DNA of 63,662 bases, counting the filler, from Octopus bimaculoides (Eukaryota), in the NCBI RefSeq assembly GCF_001194135.2. It is 5 parts of 5 records of this genome, joined end to end, with 100 filler letters (N's around TTAATTAATTAA, not from the genome) between each part and the next. Parts side by side here need not be neighbours in the genome. Positions count along the whole stretch, not along the records: positions 50,442 to 61,806 come from NC_068988.1; positions 61,907 to 63,662 come from NC_068990.1; 3 more parts are not named here. One strand, given 5' to 3'. The notes beneath the pieces are model-generated. The model was not told the origin of the DNA. It saw only the letters and a program-made list of their open reading frames with translations, and did not search any database. The position numbers were made by a program, and so were the translations under genes. The stretch's first letter is position 1. Each line of letters starts with the position of its first letter. Shown here one piece after another: positions 52,264 through 63,662 of the stretch.

Positions 52264-55200
52264 GTATATATATAAATGTATATATATCCATACATATATA
52301 CATACACACACATACATACATGCATACATATCTACTCACATTAATGGCTAAAGCCAAGATGTTACTTTAATAAATTGCTATGTGATCTCAAAATTTTAGA
52401 ATTCTAAATTATTTCTTTAGTCTGATTGAAACGCGTCTTGTCTAGTCACATCAAATTTATATGAATGCTACTACATACACATATACTTTTTCACAGATAT
52501 ATAGTTACAAATTGCGCTCGCACGCACATAAACGCTGAAGCACATATCTCGGATACGTTCATTCCTGAATATGATTATCCTAATGTATATTCATGAATGT
52601 ATGCTTGCTTGTCCATTCCCTATTAGCTCCGAAATTACAAAAAGAACACCTAGAAAAGCATATATATTGTTATTCCCCATCTCATAATGAATGTTTCCAT
52701 ATAATTTATTTCGATTGATACACTCTCAAAGACTTTGAATATCTTTCTAAAATATTCATAATGTTGTCGTAAAAGCTATAAGTCTTTATTCATTACTTCA
52801 TCCATTTCCTACACATTCTCTTCCACAGCGTTTCCGTGTGTCGCTAGACATTCTTGTGTCATACATCCACTTCAAAGTCCAACATGTTTTTGCCTTTTTT
52901 TTGGGTAATATCGTTCCCAAATTTGGTCCGTTTTTATTACAGAAATACTATTAATTCCATTGGATGTAGCCGTGTTCGATTCCCTGGTGGATAAACTCTC
53001 AAGACACCGCTGATTTTTGTTATTTATGCTGCTTGTTGACTTAACTGCCACATCGACTAATTGCTGGTTGAACAGGGTCCGCTCGTAGTGGTTTGGTGAT
53101 TATCGTGAATGTCAGTACCCTGGCTGAATTTGAACACAGAACGTAAAGTTAATGCAAAAAGTCTCATCCGTCCTTTTAACAATCGTTGTAATCCACTTAT
53201 AGTCAGGTCAGGGATCTCATCATAGGCTGATGAAACCAGTACTACCTGTTCCATGGTCGAGTGGTTGACAACTAAGCCGGCTACTCCGCTTCAGTAGCTT
53301 GCTACTCTTGTGAGGATGGTGTCTTGTTACCCAGCAGAACTGAAAACAAGGTCTGTCGTAGGCACAATGAGCCCCTTGTGGATCAATTGCCATCCAGCTG
53401 GAGAACGCTATGACAAACTACTCAAATATCTCTGCCCGAAAAACACTATGGGAGAGTCAGAACAAAATGATACTATGGCTTCATCCGATGGGAGAACCCA
53501 CTTTTAACTGGGAATATTTTTGCTGTAGTGTCATAAACGCACTGCAAAAACGTGCGATTCATGACGAGGACAACGGGTAATTATCCACTGTTCTGGAACC
53601 TTAATTCATTAGTTCCTGAAAGGGTGAAAAGAAAATTTGACCGCAGTACAATTTCTACTCACTGCTTAGGGACACGGAATAAATACTGAAATTTATTTTG
53701 TCTGATGCTCTAAAAACAATTTGTCGCAATACTAGTAACACTAGTCACATGTATTCATTGATTTTAATTCCATATTTAAATGGTAATTCCTTTTGTGAAA
53801 TTTCGCCTGTCATTCACTTCAAACATTTGTTATTTGTTAAACGTGTCAAGAGTAGGAACATTTCTCTTTGAAAAGTTTTCACTTTCTCTTCAATTAAAAA
53901 ATTTGTTAAACCCATATTCGTTTACCGCTACGATTCTTTATCAATAGCTTCAAATGTTTTTATATTTCTTTAAGTCTCAGTCACGTAAGTATTATGGAAA
54001 CATTATTCATTGAAAAGTCTTTATTCATTAATTTACACTCCTTATTTGAAATATAATTCTTTTTGTGACGTTTTCGCTATCAGTCGTATGAAATATTCCT
54101 TTATTTTATTGTGTGTCAATAGTGAGAACATTTCTTATTGAAAATCCTGTATTTTCTATTCAAGTTAAAAAATTAGCAAACCAATAATATTCATTTGCCG
54201 TTACAAATTTTCATCAATAACTTCAAATATTTCTTTAGTTCTTTTCACTTTCTCGTCCTTTGTTAATATTTAAAAAAAAAAAATTTTCTTTGTCACTTTT
54301 TCCATATAATTCTGTTAAAATGTTTTAGCTCTTTAAATAAATAACACTCGGACAATCACTTAAAAATAGGAAAACCAGTATTTAAGATGGAACTGGCTAG
54401 CTATTTCAAATAAAACATTACTTGTAATTCCATGCAGCACAAAAACAGGTAAACTTCATTCTAGATTCAAGTTATATTTTTCGGGAAATCTAAGAAAATT
54501 CCATTTTTCTTCAATGACTGGAGTTCATCGAAATGGAAATAAGTTATTTAAACTATATGCAACCAAGATACTGCTTTTAGATTACGGCAAATTCAAACCT
54601 GATACATAAGGAAGACGTGACAGTGAATCAGGTACTATTATAATATTCATTTCAAATTTTAGTACAAGGCCAGCAATTTCGGGGGAGATGTAAGTCGATT
54701 ACATCAATGACAAAATTGTGCTGATATAATTTAAGCGCATATTTTGATTAACTGCATTGTTTTTTGTTGAGATAAATTAAACTAAACTTTCAGTTCAAAA
54801 TCGGACATTTCATTCTTAATATGATATATTAGAACTTTTCTTCATAAATCAGGGGATTTTGTATTTTTTCGCTTACTAGTATGCATGATCCTTTGATCAA
54901 CTTGTACTACATTATCTTATTGTTTATATATTATTCACCAAGTTTTGTGCAGGATTCTTTATCAGATAGAGCGTGCTTTAACTAAACTTGATTATTTATC
55001 CATTACTTGATTTAAGGAAAATAGAGTTTCCTAGGAATGGCATATTAGCAAAGCAAAAATAGCTAGGAAATTCAATAACTGCGAAAAGAGCAACAATGAC
55101 AACACCAGTATCAAGAATAACAACAACAACTACAACAGCAACAATGTTTTCTTGGCAAAATTATCGAGGACGGTATAGGACGATACTCTGTGAGATAAGA

Positions 55201-55824
55201 AAAAAATAAAACGTATGTAAGAAGGAAAATGACAGACAGAACGAAACAAGACATTCAAAGAATTCTTCAAAAATTGGGAAACCACCGAGGGTTACTTTCG
55301 TAAACCTCACATCACAAGGGTCATCTTCTCGTTGTCCTCCTCTATTCTGCGTGTATACAGCAGGCCCTTCATCCGTACCATGTTTACCACTCTCATCCAC
55401 CTTTCAAAAAAAATTTATAGGAGGCAGCACTTTCTTTCCAAATGCAATTTCAAAAGTTTATGAGAGCTTGCTCAAAGAGAAATGTGTCTGTCATCAGCAC
55501 TTTCAATCTGGCTCACCACTAATAATAATTCTTTCTAATATAGGCACAAGGAGTGACAATTTCGAGGATTCATTGGTCGATACTACCGGCCTCAATTCTG
55601 GACTGGTACTTTATTTTGTCGGCTCCAGGTACTAAAGCTTAGAAATTGTGAAAAGAGACCCTGTGAGACCTTTCAAAACAGGTTGCTGTACGCGCTTACA
55701 GAATCAACCACAGCAAATAAGATCGAGAAGTCTGAGAAGTAAAGTATAATGATAATAATAATGATAATAATAATGATAATAATAATGATAATAATAATAA
55801 TAATAATAATGATANNNNNNNNNN

Positions 55825-55879
<55 letters not shown>

Positions 55880-55959
55880 GCAGCAACAACAATAGCATCT
55901 GTCTATGAATCGCTCTATCCATGTATGTATGTATGTATGTATGTATGTATGTATGTATG

Positions 55960-56007
<48 letters not shown>

Positions 56008-56009
<2 letters not shown>

Positions 56010-56363
56010 TGCAGGAGTGGCTTCCCAACCACAAGGTCCCGGGCTCAGTCCATCTGCGTGGAACCTTGGACAAATGTCTGTCTTCTACTATAGCCTCGAG
56101 CCAACCAAAGGCTTGTGAGTGGATTTGATGGACACACACATATGTGTGTGTATGCGTGAGTCTCCGTTTGTCCCCCCCCCACCACCACCGTCGCTTGACA
56201 ATTAATGTTGGTGTGTTTACGTCCGTGTAATCTAGCAGTTCGGCAAAAGTATAAGTACTAGGCTCATAAAGAATAAGTCCTGGGGTTGATTTGTTCGACT
56301 AAATGCGGTGCTCCAGCATGGCCGCAGTCACACGACTGAAACAAGTAAAAGAATAAAAGAATA
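56008..56363 (+). mobile_element. Full-length SINE family A (A-box partly deleted)
   Basis: Same head, body and tail as 10803-11206. Partial copies near 4688-4849, 12468-12660, 16949-17050, 17349-17549, 18140-18258, 42645-42745, 45730-45890, 46165-46690, 49710-49865, 50040-50280 and 59522-59685. Confidence 0.85.
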
Positions 56364-56565
56364 TATATGTATGTGTGTATAATCCCTATGACATAATTAT
56401 ATACGTACTGGCTATCACTGGTTTTACTTAGGAAATAATTTCTAAGCCGGTTTGTGTATATTCTATATTCATTAGATCTGCCCAAATAGCAAAAAACTTT
56501 AGAATTAAAACAGACCTATTTTTAAATCTCACAGCGAGAGATATTCAGCAACAGTACTTTGGAGT

Positions 56566-57018
56566 AAAGATTGTTTGCCAACATATCATGGCAGTCCTGG
56601 TTTAGGACGAATGNNNNNNNNNNTGCCAACATATCATGGCAGTCCTGGTTTAGGACGAATGTTGCTGTAATTTAGCCCCAGGAGACATCGTCTCCAGCTG
56701 GCTATGCGACACGATCTGTGTTCTTATAGCAATTTTCTAATTTATAGATCAGTGACTAGTTGTCACTTTGAAAACTATATATATCGAACGGAAATTTCGC
56801 AGCGCCACCTCTAGCCGATCAATTATTCTGTGCTGATGAAGGGAAATAACCCAGAAATCGCGATACACAGATATTGTTTTGAGCTGAGTTGGGGTGCTAG
56901 ATTCCCTTGTTCGAAAATCGTGTCGTATAGCCAGCTGGATACGATGTCTCCTGGGGCTAAATTACAGCAACATTCGTCCTAAACCAGGACTGCCATGTTA
57001 TGTTGGCAAACAATCTTT
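56566..57018. mobile_element. MITE-like element with about 102-bp terminal inverted repeats
   Basis: The left arm (56566-56715, with a 38-bp gap-flanking duplication) is the reverse complement of 56917-57018 with 3 mismatches. The interior is about 200 bp and non-coding. Confidence 0.85.
56827..56871 (+). ncRNA. Candidate type I minimal hammerhead ribozyme (Penelope-like class), core intact
   Basis: TCTGTG-CTGATGA-A-GGG-AAATAA-CCC-A-GAAA-TCGCGA-T-A-CACAGA. Stem I is 6 bp (TCTGTG/CACAGA), both core blocks CUGAUGA and GAAA are present, stem III is the palindrome ATCGCGAT, and the predicted cut is after AUA (56865). Confidence 0.7.
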
Positions 57019-57621
57019 TCTCTAAGACAGATCTGTTAGCTGTAAAATATTCATGGATCCCATTAGGATCAACTCTTAGAATGAAACCACTGGTTGCTTA
57101 CATATGAATAATCGTGCTATAACATAGTAAATAATTCACTCTTAGTCGAAATACAGCTCTCTCAACGCTTGTTCTCACTTTCACTTGCCGGCCACTACTG
57201 TTGTCCACTTTTAGCCAAGCAACAATCAGAAGGAAACAAAATCAGAGTACCATATAATCTTTATAATAATATCATAAAATAGTAAAAAAAAAAAACGAAC
57301 TCCCAGAACTGATACTATCAAAAGAAAACTTAATTTTAAATATTTCAATTTATTTTTTTCTTTTATTCCATCATGAGTAGATCTTTTTCTGAAAGTGATC
57401 GAAATCGGTAACTCTTTCGTCAAGAGTACAAATATTATTCTCTTTTTCATTATAAAGTTCTATAACAACTATCTTCTTTACACACAACACACACACGCAC
57501 ACATACACACAAACACACACATGTACATACATTCATTCATATATATATGTCGGTACATACATACATACACACATACATACACATGCACACACATATACAT
57601 GGCCACACACACACACACACA

Positions 57622-57655
<34 letters not shown>

Positions 57656-58213
57656 TGGCTGCCGTTAATGGTTCTTTGAACGCTTGGACCCTCTTATTTA
57701 AACTTTCTAAAACAAATCTGCGTCTTCTATATTTATTTTAAATAGAACATTATACATTTTAATCAACAATATCGTTGGTCACTTATTAGTTTTGTGATGT
57801 ATAATTTACTTGCAGAAACTTTCTTAGCTTAATTGGCTTATGTNNNNNNNNNNNNNNNNNNNNNNNNNNATATATATATATATATATGTATATATATGCA
57901 CTTACTTACATATATTTTATAAATATATATGTATATATATATCGTTATAAGTAGGCGTGTGTATGTGAATATGTATGCACATACACGCACACACAAACAC
58001 ATGTATATGTCTGTGTGTATGTATGTTTTTATAAGTGGATAGCTAACCCATACACATGCAAACAAGCATACCCTTTGTAATATTCGAATGCGATCTTGCT
58101 CTCAATCCACATATACACACAAACGGACGCCTACACATACACACACATGCGCTCACTAACGCACATATATACATACACTCCCACCGGAACTGTGTCTGTG
58201 TGTATTAGTATGT

Positions 58214-58263
<50 letters not shown>

Positions 58264-58987
58264 NNNNNNNNNNNNNNNNNNNNNNNNNNNNNNNNNNNNN
58301 NNNNNNNNNNNNNNNNNNNNNNNNNNNNNNNNNNNNNNNNNNNNNNNNNNNNNNNNNNNNNNNNNNNNNNNNNNNNNNNNNNNNNNNNNNNNNNNNNNNN
58401 NNNNNNNNNNNNNNNNNNNNNNNNNNNNNNNNNNNNNNNNNNNNNNNNNNNNNNNNNNNNNNNNNNNNNNNNNNNNNNNNNNNNNNNNNNNNNNNNNNNN
58501 NNNNNNNNNNNNNNNNNNNNNNNNNNNNNNNNNNNNNNNNNNNNNNNNNNNNNNNNNNNNNNNNNNNNNNNNNNNNNNNNNNNNNNNNNNNNNNNNNNNN
58601 NNNNNNNNNNNNNNNNNNNNNNNNNNNNNNNNNNNNNNNNNNNNNNNNNNNNNNNNNNNNNNNNNNNNNNNNNNNNNNNNNNNNNNNNNNNNNNNNNNNN
58701 NNNNNNNNNNNNNNNNNNNNNNNNNNNNNNNNNNNNNNNNNNNNNNNNNNNNNNNNNNNNNNNNNNNNNNNNNNTCTTTTTATTGTTTTCAAGGGTAAGA
58801 GGTGTCTACATTGGGTAGGTGGGCTATTTTGGCATAATTATTTCACCATCTGCCGTGTGACCCCGACATGTGGTGGTGGCATCCTTGTACTTCTGCTGAC
58901 GAATTACACTTTGGAAGTTACGAAGCAATGCTTCACCTACAACCTAAAAGACGAGGACCACACCAATAAACCCGAACAGATATTAAA

Positions 58988-58989
58988 TA

Positions 58990-59033
<44 letters not shown>

Positions 59034-59207
59034 CTGCGCCACCACCATTTTTACAACTACCGGTGCCATCAGTCCCACTACTTACTATTACCACTACTAT
59101 TAGTACTACTACAACTACTACCAGCACCAATACCACCACCACCAGCACCATTGGCGACAGCAACAGCAGCAGCAGCACCACCAGCACTACTACTACAACT
59201 ACTACTA

Positions 59208-59239
<32 letters not shown>

Positions 59240-59294
59240 GCTACCAGCAGCACCACCGCCAACGGATGCAGGAGCAATACTACTACTACTACTA

Positions 59295-59332
<38 letters not shown>

Positions 59333-59386
59333 GCTACTGCTGCTGCTACTACTACTCTACTACTACTACTACTGCTACTGCTGCTG

Positions 59387-59449
<63 letters not shown>

Positions 59450-59470
59450 TTGCTGCTGCAGTAGCTACTG
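58988..59470. repeat. Compound trinucleotide microsatellite (CTA/CAC/CAG/CTG)n
   Basis: Direct inspection. Similar simple repeats: (AAT)n 55745-55876, (CAC/CAA)n 48170-48420, and many (AT)n, (CA)n, (GA)n and (TATG)n tracts usually abutting gaps. Confidence 0.95.
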
Positions 59471-59699
59471 TTGCAGCAATTTCTACTTCCTTGTGGAAAT
59501 TGTTGCAGCAGTATATATGTATTCGACGGGCTTCTTTCAGTTTCCGTCAGCCAAATCCACTCATAAGGCTTCAGTCGGTCCAAGGCAATAGAGGAGAAGA
59601 TACTTGTCCAAGATGCCATACGGTGGGATTGAACCCGGAACCATGTGGTTGGAAAGCAAGCTCCTTACCACACAGCTACTCCTGTATATCTAAATATTT

Positions 59700-60480
59700 T
59701 GCAGGGAGTACCATTTTATCTGAAGTAGAAGAATCAGCAATATATTACCAAGGAGCGACCATGTTTGTGTGGAGGCTGGGTAGATTACAAACCTCAGATT
59801 TACAGTACTTTCACATTTTTCCATAGTCATTCATTGTAGGAGACCTCAATACATATAGCACATCAAGGTTTTAAAATAATACACATAACAATAGAGGTGA
59901 CGTAATATCATTGTTACTAGACTCCCACTACATCCTAAACAATGCATACCAATATACACCATGTATCGTTCAACACGCCAACAACAACAAATCTTTCCCA
60001 GACATTACATCCTGATCTCCACAGGTAACTGCCACAAGCAATTGGCAAACAAGTCTCAAGCTTTCTTCGAACCATCTGCTAATTATCATTACAATATACT
60101 TACACAACAACGAAGAAAGCAAAAACACATTTGTAAGCTTTAAAAAACATAATGTTGCGAGTTCCACAAAGAAGCTGAACTAAAACTTTCAGAATTTAAC
60201 AATGCCACAATCGCAAACATACACATTGTTATACATCAGCAAAATAACTATAGACGCATTTAGAAAAACATACCCCGTGGAGCAACGTGAAGAAATATAA
60301 TCCTAATTACACACCAGAAATAGCTAATTTCATAAAACCAGAGACAACTAGAAACACAACATATTAAAAGCGAAATATAATTCACCATCAAACAACTAAG
60401 CAATGACATAACATATAAACCTCCCTGAAAACTGGCAAACATTTGTATCCAGTCTAAATTGTAAAACTAACAATAATACA
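59700..60480 (+). mobile_element. Old LINE endonuclease remnant
   Basis: FIVGDLN and SFPDITS*SPQVTATSNWQTSLKLSSNHLLIIIT (PDIT...W...LSSDHLPI-like). Confidence 0.5.
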
Positions 60481-60659
60481 TGATATGCAGTAATTAGCAA
60501 TATGCAACAAGAATAAAAACAACACCGCAGCCTTCTGGTATTTACAGGTTCCGGAAGTGTTATTCGTGTAAATTACATAAGCTGACAACTATTTTGTTTG
60601 CCAGCATTTTGTGTTGTTTCTTAGTTTCGTGTTACGAAATGTTTACAAGTTCCTGGTCA

Positions 60660-60800
60660 TGACTTTTGGGCGATTATTGAAAGAGTGAACCGCGAATACA
60701 AGCGACCGAAATAGGGTTTCTCCGAAGGATCTCTGACGTAAAGTTATTTGACAAGGTGCATAGTTCGGAGATCAAGGAGTTTCTCCAGGTCGAGAAACAC
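60660..60800 (+). mobile_element. RTE LINE C-terminal fragment
   Basis: RIQATEIGFLRRISDVKLFDKVHSSEIKEFLQVEK. Confidence 0.7.
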
Positions 60801-60832
60801 ACACACATAGTATACGTATACACATATACACA

Positions 60833-60873
<41 letters not shown>

Positions 60874-61006
60874 ATATATCTATATCTATATCTATATCTA
60901 TATCTATATATATGTATGTATATAGAGATGTATGTGTATATATATGTATACATTCATATATATGTATATATGTACATATATATGCATATATATGAATATA
61001 TGTGCA

Positions 61007-61069
<63 letters not shown>

Positions 61070-61647
61070 TAGTAGTTGTAGTGAACATAAAATAATAGTA
61101 TTATAGCATTTCAACATCAGGTGTGGTGTATGAATATTTCAATTCAATCAGCTGAAACCGATAGCGACTGAAATTCAAACTTCTTTCCTCTTGTGGTTTC
61201 TACGTCATACTTCAGTCAGCCCTGGTAAAAATGTAAATCATTCTAACTGATTTACTATTCATATAGGTTGAAAAGCAATTTCTACAATGATAATTAAAGG
61301 ATCGTACTCAGTCACTCAGGAAATCCCAATGTATTTTTGAAATTAGTCCTATTCATACCCCTTCATTCATCTACGAATATATTGTATTTGGAAAGAAGGT
61401 ATTTCGTCTTCTATATTACATACCCTGTTGGCTCTAATATCTATAGATATTTTCTGTAGTACGGTATCGGATATATTAGTGTGTTGTGCGTGGTGTGTGT
61501 TTGCTTGTTTGTCTGTGTGTGTGCTTGTGTGTGTTTTATGTGTGCATGTGTGAATACAAATATATAGTCAATTCAAATAAGCGGATAAAATCCGATAAAA
61601 GAAAAAAGAAAAGCAAACGTGAAGACCTGCACAAGGAATTGTGAGAG

Positions 61648-61679
61648 TTTGACGTTTCGAGCATAGCTCTCCGTCGAAA
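61648..61679 (-). ncRNA. Degenerate minimal hammerhead-like motif
   Basis: Minus strand reads TTT-CGACGGA-GAGC-TAT-GCTC-GAAA-CGT-C-AAA. Stem II, GAAA and the GUC triplet are intact; the 5' core is damaged. Confidence 0.4.
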
Positions 61680-63622
61680 TGTGAAAGGCAAAAGTCCAAA
61701 GATGGGAAAGAAATCGCCAACGACACTCGTAGGTGTACATATGTAGATATAATTATACATGTATATATATATATGTATAGGTATATATATATATATATAT
61801 ATCTATNNNNNNNNNNNNNNNNNNNNNNNNNNNNNNNNNNNNNNNNNNNNTTAATTAATTAANNNNNNNNNNNNNNNNNNNNNNNNNNNNNNNNNNNNNN
61901 NNNNNNGATTGGAATAGTGAAATTTCTATTCACTTAACCATGAAACGATTCGAATCCAATTAACTAAAAGCTTGGCTTGTTTACGCTTTTCCCTCCGGTT
62001 TTTTGTTCTATGTGTGCCATAAATATCGCCATCCACTTTAGAGAAAATTTGTAGTTTGGAATCAGTAGTTCTTTGACTGCTATTTCTAAATTTTCAGTAT
62101 GTTGGAGAAGCAACTCAATTGCTAATCCCTGTATATTTATAATGATAAATAGTCTTACCGATAAAGGTTTTTTCATACTGAACTACTTGGCAGAATTGTT
62201 AATTATTAATTCTATTATTAATTGACGATTCTCTGCCCTTATTCTTGTATATATATATATATATATATATGTATATTAAATTTCAATAGAAATTCATTTG
62301 TAAAAGTTGTCCAAATGAAAGAATTAGTGAATTGACTTTGTCCCTAATGTTTGCTGGAAGAGAGGAACGACATTCTTAACAACATTAGAGCTTCAACTCA
62401 AAACGTATAAGCTGAAACTAATTAATGGCTGATACTTTAGCATGGCCCTGTACCATTTCTGTAATTTCAGTATTCCTCTAAGTTTATATGAAATATTATT
62501 ACTGCAGAGAATTTCCATCATTAAACTTTAATCAAGTTAACATAATTACAAATGGCGTCAGTTACATTAAAGTTGTACAGCTATTGATCATAATATGTCT
62601 ATGAAAGAATCTAACCTGCTTCAGTGAGCAGTATGAACATGAGTCATAATTGCCTATCTTATCAATGAAACTGAGGAATTGCTAATCAATAATGTTCTTG
62701 ACGGTTCTGTTTAACGCAAGTGCATGACATTTTAAAGAGTAATTGCAATGAGCTACATCACCTGCTGGCGTTGAATCCATATATCACCGAGTAATGTTTG
62801 CAGAAACGAGGGTGGTGAGCTGGCGGAATAGTTAGCACGCCCGGAAAAATGTTTAAAGGCCTTTTGTCCGTCTTTACATTCTGAGTTCAAATTCCACCGA
62901 TGTCGATTTTGGTTTCATCTTTTCGGACTCCATGCAATAAGCACCAGTTACGTACTGGAGTCGATGTTATCGACTGACCCCTCCTCTCAAAATTGCTGGT
63001 CTTGTGGCAAGATATGAAAGCAATGTTTGCAAAAGCGAGGGCTATGAGATGGTGGAATCATTATGGAGTCGGAAAAAATACTTTGCGTTATTTGTTCCGT
63101 CTTTACGTTCTGTGTTCAAATCTTCTTGAGGTCACCTCTATCCGTCATCCTTCCAGCAAAGTTGTGATGTGAAAGGCATCGACTACACCAAATTCTCACA
63201 AATGTTGGCCTCATTCCCAAATAAAAAAACATAATTTGCATAAAGGTGAATGTTAGAACATCTTAAATTATAACAAAGAATTATCTGTAATCTTTTTGTT
63301 AAAACGAACAGTTTAATACGTTCTTGTGTTCACAATAATTTAATAAAAAAGACTAGATTAGTATATAAGCTAGTATAATATCTCTGTGTGTGTGTCTGTA
63401 GGTGTGTATATAGATAGATTAATAGATAAATACATACCTAGCACACACATACACACATACACACACATACGCACACACACACACGCACATATATATACTT
63501 GGAAATGTATGCGTCCCGTTCAACTAAATGATAAGCCAACAACTGATGAAGGGTCCTTTCTCTGTGTTAACTTGTCCACTTTTCCAGTTGTACCGTTAGT
63601 GCCGTCCTGCACGCATATATGC

Positions 63623-63662
<40 letters not shown>

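Noticed and set aside
56575-56661. 38-bp direct repeat in the left arm of the MITE
   Set aside because: The two copies flank a 10-N gap and the right arm has only one copy; this is an unmerged contig overlap.
56797-56815. CTCF-like motif CAGCGCCACCTCTAG in the MITE interior
   Set aside because: Only the first half matches the consensus, which is too weak to call.
58933-59826. Long poly-S/V/T/Y ORFs, and all long X-containing or YIYI/HTHT ORFs in the track
   Set aside because: They are translations of microsatellites or N gaps with no coding signal.
63535-63600. Hammerhead starting at CTGATGAAGGG (also CTGATGA at 5461, 37498, 53227 and CTGACGA at 58896)
   Set aside because: No correctly spaced stem II plus GAAA plus UH plus stem I could be built.

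Overview
AT-rich, gap-riddled animal genomic window dominated by transposable-element debris and microsatellites. The repeat families and zinc-finger style suggest an octopus/coleoid genome, which is an inference. Host genes: (i) the first coding exon of a PDZ-LIM (Zasp/ALP/Enigma-type) gene on the minus strand at 29221-29331; (ii) a tandem C2H2 zinc-finger gene at about 20.4-22.6 kb on the minus strand, broken at both ends, with a partial paralogous copy at 25.3-25.7 kb, apparently inside the PDZ-LIM intron. Mobile elements include RTE LINEs, a HERO-like and an R4/Dong-like RLE LINE remnant, at least three tRNA-headed SINE families, mariner and hAT remnants, and MITEs. The most unusual signal is a set of four Penelope-type minimal hammerhead-ribozyme motifs. 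One has an intact catalytic core and sits inside a 100-bp inverted-repeat element (56827-56871). Another forms the 3' tail of a tRNA-headed element bracketed by inverted repeats (about 10.2-10.5 kb). Other notable items are a fold-back mariner palindrome, an orphan ETS/NRF1/ERRE/X-box promoter-like cluster and an interstitial TTAGGG array. Repeat boundaries were read by eye and are approximate. No database searches or folding programs were run.
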